This document shows positions 1-9,422 of a stretch of DNA of 64,000 nt, piece after piece. Source of the stretch: an uncultured Gammaproteobacteria bacterium (GTDB taxonomy: Bacteria > Pseudomonadota > Gammaproteobacteria > CAZDOC01); NCBI GenBank assembly GCA_964506945.1, contig CAZDOC010000011.1, forward strand, positions 427 through 64,426, read 5' to 3'. The translations under genes were made by a program, and so were the position numbers. The number at the start of each line of letters is the position of its first letter. Position 1 is the first letter of the stretch. A model generated the notes under the pieces. That model ran no database searches. It saw nothing but the letters and a program-made list of their open reading frames with translations, and was not told the DNA's origin.

Positions 1-2062
1 AACGATAATCCGCGCCCATCTTGAAGGTGTGCTCCGGGATCCCCGGGATACGATCACCGGCGCTGACCCGGATCTGGCCATTGGCGTCGGCCAGTGGATG
101 ATTCGGGCTGCTGGTGACAAAGGCGCTGTCGAAGGTGGCGCGCACATAGCTGTAATTCACTGACCAGCGTATATGTCCATAATCCCCATTCAGGCCCAGT
201 TCGACACCCATGCGCTTGGTATCGCCGATATTGCTGAAGAAGCCCTGGTTGCCGGTGACGCCACCGGTGCTCTGGAAGATGATGTCATCGACATTGATGG
301 TGCGGAACAGTCCCAGGCTCCAGTCCACCCGATCGGCATAGTTGCCGCGCAGGCCACCCTCCCAGCTCTTGGCCACCACCTGCTGCAGGGGCGGATCGGC
401 GAGGAAGGCATTCGGCAGGGTACAGGGCGCGTTGGCGTCGGCGCAGGACAGTTCCACCGCCGTCGGCGCGCGCGCGGACTCGCTGTAACTGCCATAGACG
501 TTAAGATAGTCGCGCGCCTGCCAGGTCAGGCCCACGGAGGGATTGAAGCGCTCGTAGTCGTGTTCGCCGTTCAGTTCCGGCGTCAGACCGGACTTGTCGA
601 AGACCTTGATCTTGGTGGCGTTGTATCGACCGGACAGGGTCAGGGAAAGGGTCTCGGTCAGGGCATGGGTATCGGTGAAATACAAGGACCAGGTGCGGGT
701 GCTGGTGGTCATGTGGGTGGCGTCGACGGGCACGAAGACCCCCGTCAGGGTGGTGCCCCGGTTCGCGGTCAGCGATGCCGTCTCGACCTGGGAGCCGAAC
801 CCGGTCACGCCCTTGGTATAGGCCATCCCCGCGATCAACTGATTCTCGTGCCCGAACAGGTCCTGGAGGAAGGTGCCCTGGAGGCTGCCGCCATAGCTCT
901 TCTGGCCACGCTGGCTCAGGTTGTTGATGGCGTTCTGGCTGTCGGCGATGGTATTGCCGTTCTGGTCGGTGATCGGGGTGGCGCCGGCATGATCCGCGGC
1001 CACATCGCATTCCGCCGGATCGCCACCGGCGGTGGGATCGACATCGTCCTCCTGGAACAGCAGACCGACATCGCTACAACCGACGTAGGGTGTGCCGTCA
1101 CCATTGAAGGAGTCGGTGTTGTTCCAGCGGTAATACAGGTTCCCGGAAAGCTGGGTATCCTGGTTCAGCCAATGTGTGCCTTCCAGATCCACCATGTTCA
1201 TCAGATTGCTGGTGATGTCGGGATAGGTGAAGACCGCGGCCCTGTCGATGGCCAGCAGTTCTACTGGCGCGGGACCGTTACCCCTGAGGCTGGTGTCGCC
1301 ATGGGCCAGGTTCAGATCCAGGGTGGTATCGAGGGTATGCCAGCTCAGGGTGCCGAACAGGTTCAGGGCATCGGAACTGGAAAAATCGCGCCAGCCATCC
1401 TCCTCGAAATAACTGGCGGTGAAGAAATAGCCCAGGCTGCCATTATTGGCGCCGCTGCTGATCGAAGACTGCAGCCGACCGAAGGATCCATAGGAAGCCT
1501 CGGCGGTATTGCCTTCATCGGTAAAACCGTTCTTGGTCTGCACCGACAGCGCCCCACCCAGGGTATTCAGGCCGAACAGGGGATTGGCGCCACCGATCAG
1601 GTTGATGCTGCTGATGGCCGATTGCGGGATCAGATCCCAGTTGACGGTATCGCCGAAGGCCTCGTTGATGCGTACACCGTTCTGGTACACCGCCAGACCC
1701 TGCGGCAGACCGAGCAGGGGCGAGGCGGTGAATCCGCGATACTGCACGTCCGGCTGCAGGGGATTGTTCTGCGCGGCATTGAGATTCACGCTGCCGAGAT
1801 TGCGATTCATGAAGTCGGTCAGGTCCAGACTCTGGCTGCGTTTCAGATCCGCGGCGCTGGCGCTCTGCACATTGGCCGGGATCTTCTCCCTGGGCAGGCC
1901 GATGCCGTGTGTCGGGGTGACGCCGATGACCTCTATCGCCTGCATGGCCTCGGCAGAGGCGCCGGCCTCTTCCGCCGCCAGTATCCGGCTGCTGTTCATC
2001 AGCAGGCCGAGCCCCATCATGACCCGCAGCAACAATCGGTATTCGTAAGCCTGTTTCATCAT
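1..2062 (-). CDS. TonB-dependent outer membrane receptor (3' end runs off the window)
   Basis: Not in the ORF track because it has no stop in the window. Manual minus-strand translation gives MMKQAYEYRLLLRVMMGLGLLMNSSRILAAEE (signal peptide), a TonB-box-like IEVIG, and the plug region NPLQPDVQYRGFTASPLLGLPQGLAVYQNGVRINEAFGDTVNWDLIP...NPLFGLNTLGGALSV. The + strand ORF 173-2296 is its in-register antisense shadow. Confidence 0.9.
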   Translation of the reverse strand, partial: MMKQAYEYRLLLRVMMGLGLLMNSSRILAAEEAGASAEAMQAIEVIGVTPTHGIGLPREKIPANVQSASAADLKRSQSLDLTDFMNRNLGSVNLNAAQNNPLQPDVQYRGFTASPLLGLPQGLAVYQNGVRINEAFGDTVNWDLIPQSAISSINLIGGANPLFGLNTLGGALSVQTKNGFTDEGNTAEASYGSFGRLQSSISSGANNGSLGYFFTASYFEEDGWRDFSSSDALNLFGTLSWHTLDTTLDLNLAHGDTSLRGNGPAPVELLAIDRAAVFTYPDITSNLMNMVDLEGTHWLNQDTQLSGNLYYRWNNTDSFNGDGTPYVGCSDVGLLFQEDDVDPTAGGDPAECDVAADHAGATPITDQNGNTIADSQNAINNLSQRGQKSYGGSLQGTFLQDLFGHENQLIAGMAYTKGVTGFGSQVETASLTANRGTTLTGVFVPVDATHMTTSTRTWSLYFTDTHALTETLSLTLSGRYNATKIKVFDKSGLTPELNGEHDYERFNPSVGLTWQARDYLNVYGSYSESARAPTAVELSCADANAPCTLPNAFLADPPLQQVVAKSWEGGLRGNYADRVDWSLGLFRTINVDDIIFQSTGGVTGNQGFFSNIGDTKRMGVELGLNGDYGHIRWSVNYSYVRATFDSAFVTSSPNHPLADANGQIRVSAGDRIPGIPEHTFKMGADYR

Positions 2063-2165
2063 CGTTCTCGCATCTCTGGTTGGTTCGTTGTTATGGCAAC
2101 AATCATGCCGCATCATCTCCATGATGGCGCGACAGACATGGCAGGCATTCTAGCGATAAGTGACA

Positions 2166-2199
2166 GGGATGTGTTCCCGAGGATTTGGGAAAATTTCCC
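2166..2199. promoter_or_regulatory. Two GGGA-N5-TCCC palindromes upstream of the receptor, putative response-regulator boxes
   Basis: GGGATGTGTTCCC (2166-2178) and GGGAAAATTTCCC (2187-2199), 21 bp apart. A minus-strand TAGAAT -10-like hexamer lies at 2152-2147. Confidence 0.45.
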
Positions 2200-2219
2200 G
2201 GCGGGGCTCGGGGCGAGTC

Positions 2220-2870
2220 TCAGGCATCCAGCAGGCCGTGGCGTATGGCCAGCCGGGCCAGTTCCGCCACCGTGGTCACATCCAGCTTGTTCCTGACCTG
2301 GGTGCTGTAGTTGGCTACGGTCTTGTAGCTCAGCGACAGGCGCGCGGCGATCTCGTTGATATCCAGGCCCTCGGCCAGCAGGCAGAAGATCTCGAACTCG
2401 CGCGTGGACAGACTGGTGAAGGGCGTGGCCTTGCCACGGGTCTTCTGGAAGGCCAGGCGCTGGGCCAGATCGCCATCCAGGTGAACCTCGCCCCTGGCGA
2501 TGGCCTTGACCGCGTCGACCAGCACCTCGGGGGCGCTGCTCTTGGTGATATAACCCCGGGCGCCGGCCTGCAGTGCCTGTTCGACGAAGACGGTATCCTC
2601 GTGCATGCTGAATACCAGCACCCGGGCATCGGCGCTGCGGGAGAGGATCCGGCGGATGGCCTCGAGACCGCTCATGCCCGGCAGGGACAGATCCATGATC
2701 ACTACATCGGGCGCCAGATCGGCGAACAGCCGGCAGGCCGACTCGCCGCAGTCGGCCTCACCAACGATGGCGATCTCGCTGGAGATCTCCAGCAGCACCT
2801 TGTAGCCGGCGCGCACCACGGCATGGTCGTCGACCAGCAAAACGCGTATCACCTGGTTTATTTCATTCAT
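2220..2870 (-). CDS. NarL/LuxR-family response regulator, MoxX/MxcE-like
   Basis: REC domain (VLLVDDHAVVR, VIMDLSLPGMSG, GYITK) plus LuxR HTH (LSTREFEIFCLLAEG...LSLSYKTVANY). The ATG at 2870 overlaps the kinase stop. Confidence 0.9.
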   Translation of the reverse strand: MNEINQVIRVLLVDDHAVVRAGYKVLLEISSEIAIVGEADCGESACRLFADLAPDVVIMDLSLPGMSGLEAIRRILSRSADARVLVFSMHEDTVFVEQALQAGARGYITKSSAPEVLVDAVKAIARGEVHLDGDLAQRLAFQKTRGKATPFTSLSTREFEIFCLLAEGLDINEIAARLSLSYKTVANYSTQVRNKLDVTTVAELARLAIRHGLLDA

Positions 2871-4227
2871 GTGCCGGTTCCCTGGCAACCAGCGGTATGC
2901 AGGCGCGCAGGCGCAGGCCCTGGCCCGGCCGGGTAGCCAGTTCCAGCTCCCCATTCAGGGCCTGTACCCGTTCCTGCATGCCCAGCAGGCCCAGACCCCG
3001 GGGAAAGGCCTGGCGATCGAAACCCCGGCCGTTATCACTGATCTTCAGTTCCACCATTGCCTCTCCGAAATCACCCGCCTGATGCAGTTCGAGTTCCAGG
3101 ACCACCTCGCTGGCCCCGGCATGCTTGACGATATTGGTCAGGGCCTCCTGCACGATGCGATAGACAGTGATATCGATATCGTCTCCCAGGCCGGCCAGCT
3201 CGCCGCGGGTCACCAGCCGGCAGAACAGCTCCTGGTGATGGGTGTTCCAGTCATCCACCATCTCCTGCAGGGCCATGACCAGACCGAGTTCATCCAGGAT
3301 CACCGGGCGCAGCCGGCGCATCATGCCGCGCACGACATCATAGACATGGCTGGAGATCTCGGCAATCGTGTCCGCACTCTCGCGTACCGCGGTATCGGCG
3401 AGCTTCGGGTGCTGGGCGATCGAAACCGCCACGGCCTTGATCGCGCTGATCGACTGACCGAGTTCATCGTGCAATTCATGCGCCAGATGCCGGCGTTCCT
3501 GCTCCTGGATCCGAAGGGAACGCTGCGCCAGACGCCGGTTCTCATCATGGATCCGCTCCAGGACCTCGGCCATCTGGTTGAAACGGGTCGCGATCAGCTG
3601 CAATTCCGGCAGTTCGACCGGTGACAGACGCGGCCGGTAATCCCCCTGCTGGATCCCCTCCAGGGCGGCGGTGATCGCCGTCACCGGCCGCAACCAGCGA
3701 CGCAGGGTAAAGGCCACCATGGCATTGGCGAGCAGGGAGAACAGGAACAGCAGTCCCAGCAGTGAGCGGCTGTCGTCCCAGGCCTCGCTGATCTCGTCGG
3801 TGGGATCGGCGTGGATCACGATCTCGCGGAAGGGGGCATCGGGGACCACCAGCTCCCGGCGCAGGGGGATGGTCTCGGGTTCCACCACATGGATGAACCA
3901 GGCCGGGGCATCGGCCGGGCGAGGACTCGTGACCGCGCCGGTACTCAGGCTGCTGCCATCCTCGCGCAACAGTTCGATACGCAGGTGCCGGGTGCGTTCC
4001 AGATGACGCAGCTGCTCCATCAGGCGCATCGACATCTGCTCCTGCCGTTGCGGACCTCCGATGCTGGTGAAGGCCAGCTCCAGCAGCGACAGGGTCAGGT
4101 TGGCGGTGGAATTCGTCTCCTCGTTCACCGCACGGCGGGCATTATTGACCACCAGCAGGGTGCCGAGCATGAACACCAGCACAAACAGCGAGGTGATCAA
4201 CAGATTGAGTCGCAGACTCAGGCTCAT
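2863..4227 (-). CDS. Sensor histidine kinase, HisKA_3 type with LapD/MoxY-like N-terminal periplasmic domain (MoxY/MxcQ-like)
   Basis: MSLSLRLNLLI...NARRAVNEE N-terminus, two TM segments, HAMP, ERRHLAHELHDELGQ H-box, QEALTNIVKHA, DNGRGF and GLGLLGMQERV. Confidence 0.88.
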   Translation of the reverse strand: MSLSLRLNLLITSLFVLVFMLGTLLVVNNARRAVNEETNSTANLTLSLLELAFTSIGGPQRQEQMSMRLMEQLRHLERTRHLRIELLREDGSSLSTGAVTSPRPADAPAWFIHVVEPETIPLRRELVVPDAPFREIVIHADPTDEISEAWDDSRSLLGLLFLFSLLANAMVAFTLRRWLRPVTAITAALEGIQQGDYRPRLSPVELPELQLIATRFNQMAEVLERIHDENRRLAQRSLRIQEQERRHLAHELHDELGQSISAIKAVAVSIAQHPKLADTAVRESADTIAEISSHVYDVVRGMMRRLRPVILDELGLVMALQEMVDDWNTHHQELFCRLVTRGELAGLGDDIDITVYRIVQEALTNIVKHAGASEVVLELELHQAGDFGEAMVELKISDNGRGFDRQAFPRGLGLLGMQERVQALNGELELATRPGQGLRLRACIPLVAREPAHE

Positions 4228-4389
4228 GCGCAGTCAGCCCCTCCCGGGCGACGACCCTCAATGCCCGGCGACAAGCCGCCAGCCGGCATGTGACCTGCAT
4301 GGCCTGTCTTGTCTCGTACTGGAAAAACACATAACATCTTGCGGGCCTTTCCCCCTGCAGGCATCCAATTTCAAGGAACTCACGATACC

Positions 4390-5193
4390 ATGATGGCTCA
4401 GATATACCGCATGTCCATTTGGCGAAAAATATCCCGCCCCCTGTTCGGCATCTCGACCCTGATGCTGCTCATGGGCGCGGGCGCACAGGCCGCCGACCCC
4501 CTGAACAGCGCCATCAAGACCCGTATCCAGGGCCAGCAAGAGAGTATCAGCTCACAGCGGAAGATAGATACCCTGGCTGACCAGACCACCACCATGCTGG
4601 AGGAATACCGACAACTGATCCAGCAAACCCAGAGCCTGCGTTCCTATAACGACCAGTTACAACGCCTGGTCGATAATCAGGAAGAACAACTGCAATCCTT
4701 CGAGCGCCAGTTCATCTCCATCCGCGTCACCCAGCGCAAGATCGTGCCGTTTATGCTGCGCATGATCGATGTACTGGAGGATTTCGTGAAACTGGACCTG
4801 CCCTTTCTCCCCGATGAACGCATCGGCAGGCTGGCGGAACTGCACCGGCTGATGGACGATCCTGAACTGGGCCTGCCGGAGAAGTATCGCCGCATCAACG
4901 AGGCCTACCAGATCGAGATGGACTACGGCCGCACCATCGAGGCCTATAGCGGCGAACTGGTCAGCCAGGGTGAAAGGCGCACCGTGGACTTCCTGCGCCT
5001 GGGTCGCGTCGCCCTGTACTACAATACCTTCGATGGCCAGGAAAGCGGCTACTGGGACAGCAAGACCCACAGCTGGAAAAAACTGCCGTCCCTGTTCAAC
5101 AAGGCCGTGCATCGGGGCCTGCAGATCGCACGCAAGGAGATCCCGCCGGATCTGATGACCCTGCCCCTGCCCCTGGCGGAGGTGGTCAAATGA
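4390..5193 (+). CDS. DUF3450 family periplasmic protein (TtpB-like, TonB2-type system)
   Basis: Signal peptide, coiled coil, DLPFLPDERIGRL, EAYQIEMDYGRTIEAY and VDFLRLGRVALYY motifs. AAGGA RBS precedes ATG 4390. Confidence 0.85.
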   Translation: MMAQIYRMSIWRKISRPLFGISTLMLLMGAGAQAADPLNSAIKTRIQGQQESISSQRKIDTLADQTTTMLEEYRQLIQQTQSLRSYNDQLQRLVDNQEEQLQSFERQFISIRVTQRKIVPFMLRMIDVLEDFVKLDLPFLPDERIGRLAELHRLMDDPELGLPEKYRRINEAYQIEMDYGRTIEAYSGELVSQGERRTVDFLRLGRVALYYNTFDGQESGYWDSKTHSWKKLPSLFNKAVHRGLQIARKEIPPDLMTLPLPLAEVVK

Positions 5194-6542
5194 GGATGTC
5201 GATCCTGCTCATGGGCGCCCTGCTCGCCTTCACGCCGGTCGTCCAGGCGGCGCCCGGATCGCTGACCGAACTGCTGCAGCAGGTGCGCAAACAGCGCGAC
5301 CTGGAAAAAAAGGAGAACGCTGAGCGGATCAAGCGTTTCGTGTCGGCCCGCGATCGACAGCAGGAGCTGCTGGACAAGGCCCGCGCGGAACTGGCCGGTG
5401 AGGAAAAACGCGGTGACACCCTCAAGTCGCGCTACCAGCAAAATGCCAAGGACCTGGAAGAACACGAGAAACTCCTGCGCAGCAATATGGGGCAACTGGG
5501 GGAACTTCAGGGCGTCGTCCGCCAGAATGCCTCCGATCTGAAGGGCATACTCGGCGCATCCATCGTCTCAGCGCAGTTTCCCGGACGAGACAAGAAGACC
5601 GCCGCCCTGGCGGGCCAGCAGGAGCTCCCGACCATAGACGAGCTGCAGAACCTGTGGCAGATGCAGCTTCAGGAGATGGTCGAATCCGGCCGCATCGTGC
5701 GTTTCCCGGCCACGGTGATCACCGCCGCCGGTGATGAGCGCAAGCAACAGGTTACCCGTATCGGCGTCTTCACCGCGGTCAGTAATGGCAAATACCTGCG
5801 CTTCCTGCCCGATACGGGCCGCCTGGTCGAGCCCCGCCGTCAACCCTCACTGCGTTATCAGCGTATCGCGCGGAATTTTGAACAGGCTCGCCAGGGACCC
5901 GCGGAGATGGCCGTGGACCCCACCCGCGGGGCGATGCTGGCCCTGCTGGTGCAATCCCCGAATCTGCGCGAGCGTCTGCGGCAGGGGGGCGTGATCGGCT
6001 ATATCATCCTGGCCCTGGGAGGGATCGGGCTGCTGATCGCCCTGGAGCGCTTCCTGTCCCTGGGTCTGCTGGGTCGCAAGGTCCGGCGCCAGATGAAGAC
6101 CCCGGAGGCCAATCCCCGCAATCCCCTGGGGCGGATACTGCGCGTGTACGAGGACAACCCGAACGTCGATGCCGAGACCCTGGGTCTGAAGCTGGACGAT
6201 GCCATCCTGCGGGAACTGCCACGCATACAGCGTGGCCTGGGCACCCTGGCGGTACTGGCGGCGATAGCCCCGCTACTGGGTCTGCTGGGCACGGTGACCG
6301 GCATCATAGAGACCTTTCAGTCCATCACCCTGTTCGGAACCGGGGATCCCAGGGTCATGTCCGGGGGTATCTCCCAGGCGCTGGTCACCACCGTCGAGGG
6401 TCTGGTGGTGGCTATCCCCATCGTCCTTCTCCACAGCTTTCTCAGTGGTCGCAGCAGCGCCATCGTGCAGGTCCTGGATGAACAGAGTGCCGCGATGGTG
6501 GCGAGGCTGGCCGAGATGCGCGGCGCCCAGGGAAGGGGCTAG
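5190..6542 (+). CDS. Extended MotA/TolQ/ExbB proton-channel protein (TtpC-like)
   Basis: Long periplasmic N-terminus (VTRIGVFTAVS, DPTRG), then APLLGLLGTVTGII...GGISQALVTTVEGL. Confidence 0.88.
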   Translation: MRMSILLMGALLAFTPVVQAAPGSLTELLQQVRKQRDLEKKENAERIKRFVSARDRQQELLDKARAELAGEEKRGDTLKSRYQQNAKDLEEHEKLLRSNMGQLGELQGVVRQNASDLKGILGASIVSAQFPGRDKKTAALAGQQELPTIDELQNLWQMQLQEMVESGRIVRFPATVITAAGDERKQQVTRIGVFTAVSNGKYLRFLPDTGRLVEPRRQPSLRYQRIARNFEQARQGPAEMAVDPTRGAMLALLVQSPNLRERLRQGGVIGYIILALGGIGLLIALERFLSLGLLGRKVRRQMKTPEANPRNPLGRILRVYEDNPNVDAETLGLKLDDAILRELPRIQRGLGTLAVLAAIAPLLGLLGTVTGIIETFQSITLFGTGDPRVMSGGISQALVTTVEGLVVAIPIVLLHSFLSGRSSAIVQVLDEQSAAMVARLAEMRGAQGRG

Positions 6543-6547
6543 GGCTC

Positions 6548-7066
6548 ATGGAATGGCTGCGCGACCTGGTGGAGGCCATCTACGGGCTGATGGAGAACGG
6601 CGGCCCGGTGATCGTGGCCATTGGCCTGCTATCCATACTCATGTGGACCTTGATCATAGAACGTTACTGGTTTTTGCTGTTCGTCCACCCCCGGCGGCTG
6701 CAGCGGGTGATCCATGACTGGAACGCCCGTCGCGATCACCTCAGCTGGTATGCCCGACGCATCCGCGAGGGCTTGATCTCCGAGATCTCGACCGCCCTGA
6801 GGCGTTACCTGCTGCCGATCCAGGCCCTCACCGCGATCCTGCCACTGCTGGGCCTGCTGGGAACCGTGACCGGCATGATCTCCACCTTCGAGGTCATGAC
6901 CGTATTCGGCACCGGCAACGCCAGGGGCCTGGCCGCGGGGATCTCCACCGCGCTGCTGACCACCACCGCCGGCCTGGTCACCTCGCTTTCCGGCCTTTAT
7001 TTCAGCGCCAATCTGAAACAGCGCGCGGAACTGGAGACCCACAAGGCCGCCGACCAACTCTCCTGA
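6548..7066 (+). CDS. exbB: ExbB (MotA/TolQ/ExbB family)
   Basis: LPLLGLLGTVTGMI and AGISTALLTTTAGL; position in the operon. Confidence 0.88.
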   Translation: MEWLRDLVEAIYGLMENGGPVIVAIGLLSILMWTLIIERYWFLLFVHPRRLQRVIHDWNARRDHLSWYARRIREGLISEISTALRRYLLPIQALTAILPLLGLLGTVTGMISTFEVMTVFGTGNARGLAAGISTALLTTTAGLVTSLSGLYFSANLKQRAELETHKAADQLS

Positions 7067-7075
7067 GGTTAGCCC

Positions 7076-7492
7076 ATGCGACGCTCACACATAGAACAGG
7101 AATCCGCGGTCTCCGCGGTCAACCTGACCCCCTTGATCGACATGGTCTTCATCCTGCTGATCTTCTTTGTCGTGACCTCATCCTTCGTCAAGGAATCGGG
7201 TATCGAGGTCAACCGGCCGTCCGCCGAGACCGCGGTGCGCAAGGAACAGGGCAACATCATCATCGCGGTCAGCAAGGATGGAGAGATATGGATGGACAAG
7301 CACCGCATCGACCTGCGCGCGGTGCGCCCCGAGGTCGAACGCCTGCATGCCGAGAATCCCGAGGGCGCGGTCGTGATCGTGGCCGATGAAATGTCCCGCA
7401 GCGGCCTGATGGTCCAGGTCATGGACCAGGTGCGCCTGGCCGGGATCCTGAATGTCTCCATCGCCGCGGCCACGGAGAATGCCGGTCCGTGA
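7076..7492 (+). CDS. exbD: ExbD/TolR biopolymer transport protein
   Basis: NLTPLIDMVFILLIFFVVTSSF TM with the conserved Asp; IVAD...VQVMDQVRLAG. Confidence 0.92.
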   Translation: MRRSHIEQESAVSAVNLTPLIDMVFILLIFFVVTSSFVKESGIEVNRPSAETAVRKEQGNIIIAVSKDGEIWMDKHRIDLRAVRPEVERLHAENPEGAVVIVADEMSRSGLMVQVMDQVRLAGILNVSIAAATENAGP

Positions 7493-8160
7493 CGGGGATC
7501 CGCCTGCCTGTCAGCATCCTGCTCGCGCTCAGCCTGAATCTGCTGCTGTTCTATTTCATCCATGTCATCGTCACCGCCGAGCACGGCGACAGGAAACGGA
7601 TCCAGGACATCCAGCTGATCAACTTCATCCGCCTGCAACGAGAGGAACGGGTCCCGGAACCCAGACTCAAGGAGGAACCGCCGCCGGAACCGCCGCCGCC
7701 GGAAGAGCCGCCACCGCCACCGGAGGTCGAGGCGATCAAACCGGACAAACCGGTGCTCGAGACCTTGGAACTGCCTGCGCCCAAGATAGACCTGCCCTTG
7801 AATATCAGCGGTGGGCCTTACCTGGGCAAGTTCAAGGCCGCCGCGCCGATCGTCAAACAGAAGGTCGTCAGACCCGCCAAGCTCAGTGACGCCGTGATCC
7901 CGACCTACAAGGTGCCGCCGGTGTATCCGCCACGGGCGATGCGCGCCGGGATCGAGGGGGTGGTGACGGTGGAATTCACCATCACCGCCGCCGGCAAGGT
8001 CGCGGATCCAAGGATCATCAAGGCCGACCCGCCGAAGATGTTCGATCGCGCGGTACTGCGCGCGATCAAAAAATGGAAATTCCAGCCCCGGGTCGTCGAT
8101 GGCAAAGCCGTTCCCCGGCGCGCGACCCAGGACATCCGTTTCCGGCTGAACAAACGATGA
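7489..8160 (+). CDS. tonB: Energy transducer TonB
   Basis: N-terminal TM, Pro-rich linker (EEPPPEPPPPEEPPPPP), C-terminal domain PVYPPRAMRAGIEGVVTVEF...FDRAVLRAIKKWKFQP. Confidence 0.92.
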   Translation: MTGIRLPVSILLALSLNLLLFYFIHVIVTAEHGDRKRIQDIQLINFIRLQREERVPEPRLKEEPPPEPPPPEEPPPPPEVEAIKPDKPVLETLELPAPKIDLPLNISGGPYLGKFKAAAPIVKQKVVRPAKLSDAVIPTYKVPPVYPPRAMRAGIEGVVTVEFTITAAGKVADPRIIKADPPKMFDRAVLRAIKKWKFQPRVVDGKAVPRRATQDIRFRLNKR

Positions 8161-9422
8161 CTGCCCGCGCCCTGCCCACCCTGCTGCTGCCCCTGGCCCT
8201 GATCCTCAGCCTCGCCGCCCAGGGCGCAGAGGACCGCTACCTGATGCGAGAACGGACCTACAAGGTCCTCGCCACGATCCAGGAGCTGATCGGCAAGGAC
8301 CAGCATGAACAGGCCCTGAAACGCCTGCGCCGGCTCATCCCGGATCTGGCGGGCAAGCCCTATGAACAGGCCGTCGCCTACCAGACCCTGGGCTATGTCC
8401 AGAGTGAACGCGGCAAGCACAAGCTTGCCGCCGGGGCCTTCATGAAGGCCCTGCGGCTCAAGGCCCTGCCTGAGGATGTCGCCCACAACCTGCGCTACAA
8501 CACCGCCCAGTTGCTGATCTACACCAATGACTACAAACAGGGCATGGAGCAGCTGCGCCGCTGGCTTGCGAAGGAACCCAGGCCCGGGATCGAGGCCCTG
8601 CAGCTGGCCGCTACCGCCAGTTACTATCTGAAAAAATACCGGCAGGCCGCCGGCTACATCGGCAAGGCCATCAAACAGAGCAAGAAACCGCGGGAAAGCT
8701 GGTACCAGCTACAGCTGGCCTGTTACTACGCCCTCAAGCACTATAAATCCGCCACCCGGGTGCTGGAAAAGCTGGTCAGGCTGCGCCCCGGCAACAAGGA
8801 CTACTGGTTGCAGCTGACCGCGATGTATCAGCAGCGCAAACTGGACCGGCGCACCCTGGCCACCATGGAGCTGATGCAGGCCCGCAAGCTGCTGAATGGC
8901 GAGGAACTGGTGCGTCTGGCGCGCCTGTACCTGTACCTGGACATGCCCTACAAGGCCGGCAGATTGCTCGCCGACAGCATCGACAGGGGGATCCTGAAGC
9001 CGGATCTGGAACTGTGGACCCTGCTGGGCGATGCCTGGATCCTGGCCCAGGAGAAGGAACGCGCGGCCAGGGCCCTGGCCAGGGCCGCACCCCTTGCCCC
9101 GGATGGCAATCTCTATGCCCGCCTGGGCCAGACCCTGGCCGATCTGGAACAATGGAAGCCGGCGCATAACGCCCTCAGCGAAGCCCTGAAGAAGGACAAG
9201 CTGGACAAGCCCGCGCTGACCCGGCTGCTGTTCGGGATCGCCAGCTTCCACATAGGCAAGCGGGACGAATCCTGGCGCGCCTTCCAGGCGGTCAGGAACG
9301 ACAAGTCGCTGCGCAGCCAGGCGGAATGGTGGATCCGCTATCTGGAAGATACCGCTGCAGAGAAAGACTCAGCCGGCCAGGGAACCGGGGCTTTCAGAAA
9401 AACACGCGCCGCCCCGGAATGA
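8157..9422 (+). CDS. Periplasmic TPR protein (TtpD-like)
   Basis: ATG overlaps the tonB stop (ATGA). Signal peptide, multiple TPR-like helical repeats, last gene of the TonB2-type operon. Confidence 0.82.
   Translation: MTARALPTLLLPLALILSLAAQGAEDRYLMRERTYKVLATIQELIGKDQHEQALKRLRRLIPDLAGKPYEQAVAYQTLGYVQSERGKHKLAAGAFMKALRLKALPEDVAHNLRYNTAQLLIYTNDYKQGMEQLRRWLAKEPRPGIEALQLAATASYYLKKYRQAAGYIGKAIKQSKKPRESWYQLQLACYYALKHYKSATRVLEKLVRLRPGNKDYWLQLTAMYQQRKLDRRTLATMELMQARKLLNGEELVRLARLYLYLDMPYKAGRLLADSIDRGILKPDLELWTLLGDAWILAQEKERAARALARAAPLAPDGNLYARLGQTLADLEQWKPAHNALSEALKKDKLDKPALTRLLFGIASFHIGKRDESWRAFQAVRNDKSLRSQAEWWIRYLEDTAAEKDSAGQGTGAFRKTRAAPE

Noticed and set aside
173-2296. 707-aa plus-strand ORF
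   Set aside because: In-register antisense shadow of the TonB-dependent receptor; no recognisable motifs.
7670-7725. CCG-rich tandem repeats
   Set aside because: They simply encode the standard Pro-rich TonB linker.
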